Assembly: GCA_040752675.1 (NCBI GenBank)
Contig: JBFMGF010000035.1
Span: 9,852-73,851 of the forward strand
Direction: 5' to 3'
DNA: 64,000 bases
Source: Acidobacteriota bacterium
Lineage (GTDB): Bacteria; Acidobacteriota; Polarisedimenticolia; JBFMGF01
Shown here: piece after piece, positions 57,383 to 64,000 of the stretch
Position numbering within the stretch: the stretch's first letter is position 1
Layout: every line of letters begins with the position of its first letter
Notes under the pieces: model-generated
Told to the model about the DNA's origin: nothing
The model's input: only the letters and a program-made list of their open reading frames with translations
The model's database searches: none
Position numbers and translations under genes: made by a program

Positions 57383-57432
57383 GAGTTTTTCTCAATTTTC
57401 GTTCCTCAATTATTGAAACTCAGGAAATTTTT
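57383..57432. repeat. Hairpin element E2 (GAGTTT / AAACTC stem) carrying the same TTCGTTCCTCAATTATTG loop motif as E1
   Basis: Stem arms at 57383..57388 and 57416..57421. About 35 of 44 aligned positions are identical to E1 (47667..47712). Located about 80 nt 3' of the VWA gene. Confidence 0.55.
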
Positions 57433-57570
57433 CGTATAAAAATATTTGATTATTTAATGATTATGTATGATAATAATGCGAAATCTATTGCTTGTGGGAT
57501 TGTTCATCAAGAGAAGGTGGTTGAAAGTCTTGCAAAGTTTTTAACCATTAACATATAGGAGGAGCTGGAA

Positions 57571-58218
57571 ATGAAGCTAAAGATTACCAGAATTTACCTG
57601 ATTGCCGTTCTGGCAATGATCCTTGCTCTCCTGAATGGATGCGTCACCAAGAAACTCTTCACGACGACAATCAAAGATCAGGATGATAAGATTCAGACCG
57701 TCCAGAATGGTGTGGAGGCCAATGAGAGGAGAATCAAGGAACTGAGAGAAGAGACCAAAGGAGAGATCACGAGGCTTGACGGCAAAACAGATGGTGCCAT
57801 GGCGAAGGGGCAGGAAGCATTAACCAAAGCTGAACTGGCCGAGAAGCTGGCAAAAGGAAAACTGCTCTGGGAAGTAACGTTGAGCAACGACGCCGTGAAG
57901 TTTGGCTTCGACCAGGCCACACTTTCAGACCAGGCGAAGAACATCCTCGATGATCTTGCTGGAAAGGTTAAAGCGCAGAACAAAGCTCTATACCTGGAAA
58001 TCCAGGGTCATACGGACAGCATCGGCACTGAAGACTACAATATGAAGCTTGGAGAAAAGAGATCGGATGCCGTTAGAAAGTACCTGAACGAGGTGCATGG
58101 AATCCCGCTGCATGCCATTGGCATCGTGAGCTATGGGGAAAGCAAGCCCATCGCTGACAATAATACAAAAGAAGGCAGAAATCAGAACAGAAGGGTCGTC
58201 ATAAGGGTTCTGGAATAG
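57571..58218 (+). CDS. OmpA-family peptidoglycan-associated lipoprotein (Pal-like)
   Basis: Lipobox LLNGC; OmpA C-terminal-like domain (FGFDQATLSDQAKNILDDLA ... NRRVVIRV). Confidence 0.8.
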   Translation: MKLKITRIYLIAVLAMILALLNGCVTKKLFTTTIKDQDDKIQTVQNGVEANERRIKELREETKGEITRLDGKTDGAMAKGQEALTKAELAEKLAKGKLLWEVTLSNDAVKFGFDQATLSDQAKNILDDLAGKVKAQNKALYLEIQGHTDSIGTEDYNMKLGEKRSDAVRKYLNEVHGIPLHAIGIVSYGESKPIADNNTKEGRNQNRRVVIRVLE

Positions 58219-58236
58219 TCCTATTTTCACGTCCTA

Positions 58237-58276
58237 ATAAAAACCTCTTCTCGTCCAGGGAAGGGGTTTTTTGTTT
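58237..58276 (+). terminator. Rho-independent terminator after the Pal-like gene
   Basis: AAAAACCTCTTC (58239..58250) pairs with GAAGGGGTTTTT (58260..58271), with one G-U wobble, around a 9-nt loop. The T-tract runs from 58266 to 58272. Confidence 0.6.
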
Positions 58277-58284
58277 ATGGAGGC

Positions 58285-60123
58285 ATGATGAGACCGAACT
58301 TCAGAGATTTTCTGGAAGAGAATGTCATCGTCTTCGACGGGGCGATGGGAACGCAGCTCTATGCTAAGGGGATCTACATCAACAAATGTTTCGATGAGCT
58401 TAATGTGTCCGCTCCGGATCTGGTGAGGGAAGTCCACCGGGAATATATCAAGGTGGGGGTGGATGTCATCGAGACGAATACCTTTGGCGCTAACAGGGTC
58501 AAGCTTGGCAAGCATGGATTGGAGAAGTACGTAACGCGGATTAACTACGAAGGAGTGCAGATCGCCCGGAAGGAAGGGGGAGAAGAAATATTCGTAGCCG
58601 GCTCTATAGGACCTCTTGGGATCAGGATAGAACCATGGGGTCCCACCTCGTTTGACGAAGCCAGAGAGTTCTTCAGGGAGCAGGCAGAAGGACTTCTTCA
58701 GGGAGGGGTCGATCTATTCGTCATAGAGACGTTTTACGATCTCGAAGAGTTGCACCAGGCGATTCTAGCGGTGAAGGATCTCTGTGACCTACCCATCATC
58801 GCACAGATGACTCTGGAAGACGACGGGAACAGCCTCGAAGGAGTCCCTCCGGAAGAGTTCACTATGGTAATCGATGGCTGGGGAGTCGATGCCGTGGGTG
58901 TGAACTGCAGTGTCGGTCCCCAGGTCATGCTTCAGGCTATCGAGAAGATGTGCAAGGTAACCGCGACCAAGCTTTCTGCTCAACCCAATGCGGGAAAACC
59001 TAGGAACGTCGAGGGGAGAAACATCTACCTCTGCTCCCCGGAATACATGGCAGAGTATGCGAAGAGATTCATCCTCAACGGAGTGAAGGTTGTGGGTGGA
59101 TGCTGCGGGACGACACCTCAGCACATCGCCGCCATCAGGAGAGCAGTGAAAGCGGTACAGCCGACGAGGAGGAAGACAGTAGCCATACCTGCCGCGATAG
59201 AGAAGAAAATGGATGTCGAGGTGATAGCTAAAGAAAAGAAGTCAGAACTTGCAAGGAAGATAACAGAAAAAATATTTGTCAAAGCCGTTGAGATAGTCCC
59301 TCCACGTGGCTGTGATACCAGGAAGGCTGTTGAGGGCGCAGTTTACCTGAAGGAGTCCGGCGTTGATGCGATCAATATCCCGGACGGACCGCGGGCAAGC
59401 GCCAGGATGAGTCCCTTGTCTGTTGCCTATATCATCGAGGGAGAGGTTGGGATTGAAACGATCCTGCATTACTGCTGCCGGGACAGGAATCTCCTCGGAA
59501 TGCAGTCAGACCTGCTCGGGGCTTACTCTATGGGAATCAGGAATCTCCTCATCATCACCGGGGATCCTCCCAAGCTGGGAACCTATCCTGACGCGACTGC
59601 GGTTTTCGATGTGGACTCCATCGGCCTGACCAACATGGTCTACAGGCTCAACCATGGCCTGGACCTTGGTGGAAATCCAATTGGAAAGCCCACAGGCTTT
59701 CATATTGGTGTTGGCGTCAACCCGGGTGCCATTGATCTGAAAAAGGAGATAAGCCGCTTGGAATGGAAGGTGGGTGCGGGTGCGGAGTTTGCCATCACAC
59801 AGCCCGTCTTCGATGTTGAGATGCTTAAATCGTTCCTCCACATGATTTCCCATGTTCGCATCCCGATACTTGCCGGAATATGGCCTCTGACAAGTTTGAG
59901 GAATGCGGAGTTCATGAACAATGAGGTGCCCGGCACTCAGGTCCCTCACGAGATCATGGAGCGGATGAGGAAAGCAGGTTCTTCAGAGGCGGCAAGACGC
60001 GAGGGGATCGCAATCGCCCAGGAATGCCTCCTTGCCATTCGCAACATTGTAGAAGGAGTCCAGGTGAGCACTCCAGCCGAGCGCTACGAGACGGCAGTCG
60101 AAGTGCTTTCCGCACTAAAATAA
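58285..60123 (+). CDS. Bifunctional homocysteine S-methyltransferase (MetH N-terminal-like Hcy-binding domain) / 5,10-methylenetetrahydrofolate reductase (MetF-like) fusion
   Basis: N-terminal S-methyltransferase domain (VIVFDGAMGTQLY; zinc-binding GGCCGTTP) and a C-terminal MTHFR-like TIM-barrel region. Confidence 0.75.
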   Translation: MMRPNFRDFLEENVIVFDGAMGTQLYAKGIYINKCFDELNVSAPDLVREVHREYIKVGVDVIETNTFGANRVKLGKHGLEKYVTRINYEGVQIARKEGGEEIFVAGSIGPLGIRIEPWGPTSFDEAREFFREQAEGLLQGGVDLFVIETFYDLEELHQAILAVKDLCDLPIIAQMTLEDDGNSLEGVPPEEFTMVIDGWGVDAVGVNCSVGPQVMLQAIEKMCKVTATKLSAQPNAGKPRNVEGRNIYLCSPEYMAEYAKRFILNGVKVVGGCCGTTPQHIAAIRRAVKAVQPTRRKTVAIPAAIEKKMDVEVIAKEKKSELARKITEKIFVKAVEIVPPRGCDTRKAVEGAVYLKESGVDAINIPDGPRASARMSPLSVAYIIEGEVGIETILHYCCRDRNLLGMQSDLLGAYSMGIRNLLIITGDPPKLGTYPDATAVFDVDSIGLTNMVYRLNHGLDLGGNPIGKPTGFHIGVGVNPGAIDLKKEISRLEWKVGAGAEFAITQPVFDVEMLKSFLHMISHVRIPILAGIWPLTSLRNAEFMNNEVPGTQVPHEIMERMRKAGSSEAARREGIAIAQECLLAIRNIVEGVQVSTPAERYETAVEVLSALK

Positions 60124-60146
60124 AGTAGCCGAGGCAGGTTGCCTGT

Positions 60147-61262
60147 CTATTGGTCGGGATCTAGCCGCTTCTGGTCGGAGTCACTGAGCTCAAGGAGGGA
60201 CGAGATGGCGTAGTCGAGCTTGTCAAATTTCTTCTGAGCTTCGTCGAAGCTCTTCTGGGAATTGCTAATATGCTTTCCGAGGACTCTGAAATCTTCCAAC
60301 GATTTGTTCAGCTGAGTTCTCAATCCTGATATCTTTGTGAGGATCTCTTTGGCCTTTACCTCGATCTCCATCCCCCTTAATCCGAGGAGGATAACCTGTA
60401 GGTAAGCATAGAACGAGTTTGGCGAGACGGGAATGACTCTTCTCGAGATGGAATATTCGAACACTCCTTTCTCGCTCCCAGGCTCAGCGCTTCGGATGAT
60501 GGTCTCGTAATAAACGTTCTCGGCAGGGATGTACATCAGGGCGAAATCGTACGTCCCCTCATCGGGAAGGATGTATTTGGAAGAGATGTTTTCAATATGT
60601 TTCCTGATATCCTTGAGGAAATCTTTCCTGTATCGCTCCTGCTGGCTGGATTCCGTTTCGGAGGCCATCCTTCTGAAATTTTCCAGAGGAAATTTAGCAT
60701 CAATGGGTACAATCTTCTCTCCGGCCTTGATGACTGCATCCACCTTTTCTCCGCTCCTGAAGGTATGCTGGAGCTCGTAATAGGAGGAAGGCATGATCTG
60801 GGCAAGAAGGTCTTCGAGAAAGAGCTCTCCCATCCCTCCCCTCAACTTCGGGGCACTCAGAATCTCCTGAAGGCTGGCAATGTCCTTTCCAACATCGAAG
60901 ACCCTTTTGACCGCTTCGTCCACAGCTCCCAGCTGCTTGTGGACATCCATCATAGCCCTGGTGGTTTCCTCCAACTTGTGGTCCATAGTCTTTGTGGTCG
61001 CATCGAGTTTCTGGTCCATAGCCGTTCTAGTGCTGGAGATCTGTTCCATGAGTGCTTTGTTGATGTCGCGGAAGGATCGGGAGGCTTCAGCCAAGCTGTC
61101 GAAAAGCTGCCTTCTCAGACCATCCATCTGACCCTGCATGGAGAGAAGAAGCTCTGCCGTCCCGCCTTCCCTTCCCGTCTTTCGACCCTGCCAGATAAGC
61201 AGAAAGATGAGGAAAACGATGATTGTCGAAAGAAGGAAGATGATGACAAGAGTCATGTCCAT
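60147..61262 (-). CDS. rmuC: DNA recombination protein RmuC
   Basis: N-terminal TM, long coiled-coil, and a C-terminal RmuC nuclease-like domain (GEKIVPIDAKFPLE ... YIPAENVYYE). Confidence 0.8.
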   Translation of the reverse strand: MDMTLVIIFLLSTIIVFLIFLLIWQGRKTGREGGTAELLLSMQGQMDGLRRQLFDSLAEASRSFRDINKALMEQISSTRTAMDQKLDATTKTMDHKLEETTRAMMDVHKQLGAVDEAVKRVFDVGKDIASLQEILSAPKLRGGMGELFLEDLLAQIMPSSYYELQHTFRSGEKVDAVIKAGEKIVPIDAKFPLENFRRMASETESSQQERYRKDFLKDIRKHIENISSKYILPDEGTYDFALMYIPAENVYYETIIRSAEPGSEKGVFEYSISRRVIPVSPNSFYAYLQVILLGLRGMEIEVKAKEILTKISGLRTQLNKSLEDFRVLGKHISNSQKSFDEAQKKFDKLDYAISSLLELSDSDQKRLDPDQ

Positions 61263-61296
61263 CTGTAATTTTTAATGAATGATGCTTTCAATTATA

Positions 61297-61926
61297 TTAC
61301 TTGAGTTTCTCGCTAAAGAACGATTCGATCTTGAGGAAAATGGAGTCTTCCACATTCATGGCTTTATAGACCACGTCGTCCGCACCGAGCTTTTTAAGAT
61401 CATTCCAGGTCTTCCCGTACATCTCCATCTCATCTTTCGATGTATATATGATAACAGGACATTTTTTTGGAGCCTGCTTCAGGAGGTCTCTTCCATCTTC
61501 ATCTTTAAGAATGAGATCGAGAAGGACGATATCCACCTTCTCTTTGCCGAGGATTTCCAGAGCCTCGTTGACAGTGGTCGCGCAACAAACTCTGTATCTT
61601 TTTTCCAGGATCTCCCGAGTGAAGTTAATGAAAAACTCCTGATCTTCCACGAGGAGGATCGTCCTTTTATCCTCTTCTTTTTCTTTTGCAGAAGGTCGAA
61701 GAGGAGTTATTTTGAAAGAGAAACCGCATTTCGGGCACTGCACAGTCATGAGGGTCGAATCCGATTCCGATGTCCCTTTTTTCAGATCTTCCTGGATAAG
61801 GTGCTTCTTTATGGAGATGATGAACCCGCAGGTGCGACAGGTGATCCTGCCGCCCTTCTCGGGGATCCTCTCCGGATCGAGGTTGTATTTCTCGTCGCAT
61901 CTCGGGCATATAATGGTTGCTTTCAT
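61297..61926 (-). CDS. Response-regulator receiver with N-terminal MJ0042-type zinc-ribbon(s), no DNA-binding output domain
   Basis: CPRCDEKY ... CRTCGF and CPKCGF zinc ribbons. Receiver motifs ILLVEDQ, VLLDLIL, IIYTSK and VVYKAM. Confidence 0.7.
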   Translation of the reverse strand: MKATIICPRCDEKYNLDPERIPEKGGRITCRTCGFIISIKKHLIQEDLKKGTSESDSTLMTVQCPKCGFSFKITPLRPSAKEKEEDKRTILLVEDQEFFINFTREILEKRYRVCCATTVNEALEILGKEKVDIVLLDLILKDEDGRDLLKQAPKKCPVIIYTSKDEMEMYGKTWNDLKKLGADDVVYKAMNVEDSIFLKIESFFSEKLK

Positions 61927-62771
61927 GGATCACCCCCGACATTCTGTTCAAGATAATCATAAGGGTCAATGCAATCATTCTCCACTCTTATTTCAAAGTG
62001 GAGGTGAGGGCCGGTGGCATTTCCGCTCGTCCCTACCTGTGCGATGGTCTCCCCCCGTGAGACCTCATCCCCTTCCTTGACCAGATTGATGGAGTTGTGG
62101 GCGTAAACAGTGGAAGTTCCATCCTGGTGATTGATGATGATCATCCTGCCATATCGCTGCTCATGTCCGCTGAAGACGACTATACCATCCCTTGATGCAA
62201 CAACAGCCGTTCCATAAGGAGCCATGATGTCAATCCCGGAGTGGTAATGACCGTTGCGCCTGGCGCCGAAGCTTGAACCGATCTTCCCTGAAACAGGCCA
62301 GGTGAATTTCTCCCCGCTGTAGGAGATGGTCCCCATTTTTCCCGGGATGAGGATCTCAAGCTGTTTCTCCGCGCCAGGGATGAAGATGACCTGCCCTGCC
62401 TGGATCTTTGCAGGATCCTTGATGCCGTTGATCTCTGCCAGTTCTTGCACATTAATGCCGTATGTTTTTGCGATCCTGTAAAGGTTTTCGGCTTTTCTGA
62501 CTATGTGGAAGATACCCCGATTTTTATCGCCCTGCTTTTCTTCGGCTCGTTCCTGCCTTTCTGGTTCATCCGATCTCGTCGCTTCCTCGGGACTTGCGCT
62601 TTGCTGCTGTAAGGCTTTGCTCTTTCTCTTCATCTCGTGTGTAGCGCAGGAAGAAGAAAAAAGGAGAGAAGAGATCAAAAAGAGCGTTACACTGTGTTTT
62701 CCTGAGAGCATCTTCATGAGCATCATACTCAAGATTCCGATGAACCAGACCAGAAAGATCGGTGAAAACAT
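61923..62771 (-). CDS. LysM-domain M23-family (LytM-type) peptidoglycan endopeptidase
   Basis: LysM (IFHIVRKAENLYRIAKTYGINVQELAEINGI); M23 zinc motifs HYHSGIDI and STVYAHNS; N-terminal hydrophobic anchor. Confidence 0.85.
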   Translation of the reverse strand: MFSPIFLVWFIGILSMMLMKMLSGKHSVTLFLISSLLFSSSCATHEMKRKSKALQQQSASPEEATRSDEPERQERAEEKQGDKNRGIFHIVRKAENLYRIAKTYGINVQELAEINGIKDPAKIQAGQVIFIPGAEKQLEILIPGKMGTISYSGEKFTWPVSGKIGSSFGARRNGHYHSGIDIMAPYGTAVVASRDGIVVFSGHEQRYGRMIIINHQDGTSTVYAHNSINLVKEGDEVSRGETIAQVGTSGNATGPHLHFEIRVENDCIDPYDYLEQNVGGDP

Positions 62772-62821
62772 AAGTATAACATCAAATCAGTCTCAGATGC
62801 GGGCTTTTCCAGTATAATGAT

Positions 62822-63433
62822 ATGCAAATGTTAGGGAAAGAGATATGGAGTATCATACTGGCAGCGGGTAAATCCGAAAGGATGGGAAGCTGTAAACCCC
62901 TGCTCACCATTGCAGGGACGACGTTTATCGAACATCTCTTCACCGCTTTTAAAGATTCTGACATCGGAGAGAACCTGAGAATTATCATCGGATTCCAGGC
63001 GGAGAAGATCCTATCCAGCACGTCCATCCCGGAGAGATTTTTTATCTTGAACGAGAACTATGAAGGAGGCCAGTTGTCATCTCTAAAAGTGGGAATAGAA
63101 GCACTTAAATATTTGGAGCCAGATGGGATTCTTGTGCATCCCGTGGATCATCCTCTCCTTAAGGTAATAACCATCAATGCTCTGCTTCAGGCTTTCAATG
63201 AAAAAGAGAAACTGATCGTTGCGCCACGGTACAGGGGAGAGAGGGGAAGGCCTGTAATTTTTTCCTGGAAGCTCATTCCCGAAATTTTATTGCTTTCTTC
63301 TGATTCCAAGCCGAGAGATATCATTTCTAGGCATCAGGAAGAAATGTTCCTTCTTGACGTTGATGATGAGGGGATTCTTCTTGGAATCAACACACCCGAG
63401 GATTATCAAAAGGTGTTAAAAAATGCTCAATGA
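62822..63433 (+). CDS. MobA-like NTP-transferase domain protein (molybdenum cofactor guanylyl/cytidylyltransferase family)
   Basis: ILAAGKSERMGSCKPLL N-terminal nucleotide-binding signature; ~200 aa. Confidence 0.6.
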   Translation: MQMLGKEIWSIILAAGKSERMGSCKPLLTIAGTTFIEHLFTAFKDSDIGENLRIIIGFQAEKILSSTSIPERFFILNENYEGGQLSSLKVGIEALKYLEPDGILVHPVDHPLLKVITINALLQAFNEKEKLIVAPRYRGERGRPVIFSWKLIPEILLLSSDSKPRDIISRHQEEMFLLDVDDEGILLGINTPEDYQKVLKNAQ

Positions 63434-63598
63434 AGTCCTGGAATTTCTTCTCAAATATCTCTTCTCCTGCTTTAAATTTTTAAATGAATCTTGGTCATAC
63501 ATAACTTAATATTTGTGATAAATAAAATATTGCAAAATTGTATCTTTCTGAGATAAGATTCAAAAATGTAAATCTATAATTTTAGATTGGGGGGCTGA

Positions 63599-64000
63599 AT
63601 GAAAAGCAATCTTCCCCTGATCGAAGCTTTTGAGGTAACTTCCCGCTCTGAACTCATCCATTACATTGCAAGAGATCTTCCCCTTTTTGAAAAGGTGAAA
63701 ATTATACCTCAGGGCTTCGAGGTTTTTCAGGGCGTGAAACCTGATATTCTTGCTCTTGATGAAAGCGGGAGAATTGCGTCGATTAAAGCCTGCATGGAAG
63801 AAGAAGATCCGCATCTTATAGATCTCTGCAGGGAAGTTAGCTTATTGAATCAGAATTCCGAGTTGATACGAAGCGCCCTGTCGATTCCTTCCATGAACAC
63901 AGTTTTTCCTGCTAGAGGGATTCTTATAGCACAGACATTCTCTAAAAGGGTGATGGAGGCATGGAAAACGCTCGTTAAAGGGGGAATTTATTTTTATCTT
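63599..64000 (+). CDS. Hypothetical protein, partial (runs off the window); possible PD-(D/E)XK nuclease-like core
   Basis: ATG at 63599 preceded by GGGGG. PDILALDESGRIASIKA resembles the D-x-L-x-x-D-x-x-G-x-L-x-x-[IV]-E-x-K block of NucS/DUF91-type nucleases. Not in the ORF track because there is no stop in the window. Confidence 0.35.
   Translation, partial: MKSNLPLIEAFEVTSRSELIHYIARDLPLFEKVKIIPQGFEVFQGVKPDILALDESGRIASIKACMEEEDPHLIDLCREVSLLNQNSELIRSALSIPSMNTVFPARGILIAQTFSKRVMEAWKTLVKGGIYFYL

Overview
Chromosomal segment of a diderm (Gram-negative-type) bacterium, about 50% GC and densely coding on both strands. No rRNA, tRNA, CRISPR array or obvious mobile element is visible. The core landmark is a complete division/cell-wall (dcw) cluster on the minus strand: mraZ-rsmH-ftsL-ftsI-murE-murF-mraY-murD-ftsW-murG-murC-murB-ftsQ-ftsA-ftsZ. 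It carries no ddl gene. Its ftsI has a C-terminal PASTA domain. A PleD-like response-regulator/GGDEF gene sits 10 bp downstream of ftsZ. A sigma-70-type promoter and the MraZ operator (three GTGGA direct repeats at 10-bp periodicity) are visible upstream of mraZ. The upstream flank holds a partial sugar nucleotidyltransferase plus a CYTH protein, a fabF-like KAS II overlapping an lnt gene, a secreted CocE/NonD hydrolase, a second Lnt paralog fused to a TPR domain, and a creatininase-family gene. The downstream flank holds an XRE-HTH/TPR regulator coupled to a secreted protein, then a co-directional sensor kinase - ligA - sigma-54 regulator - CheY-like receiver - HtrA/DegP - sigma-54 regulator array. 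Next come a secreted M1 aminopeptidase, a membrane peptidase-MA-like protein, split transketolase, a small OMP and ftsEX. Then comes a three-gene locus encoding a 961-aa Omp85-barrel protein with peptidase-MA and PD40 beta-propeller domains plus two secreted accessory proteins (one TPR). After that are a convergent paralogous OMP pair, an acyl-CoA ligase, a VWA protein, a Pal/OmpA-like lipoprotein, a MetH-N/MetF fusion, rmuC, a LysM-M23 peptidase coupled to a zinc-ribbon response regulator, a MobA-like NTP transferase and a partial PD-(D/E)XK-like ORF. The most unusual points are the Omp85-peptidase-propeller locus, the two Lnt paralogs (one coupled to KAS II, one fused to TPR), the c-di-GMP regulator appended to ftsZ, the zinc-ribbon receiver with an M23 peptidase, and a recurring AT-rich tandem-unit motif just 3' of several genes. 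All calls rest on motif-level reading of the ORF translations and raw sequence. No database search was possible.
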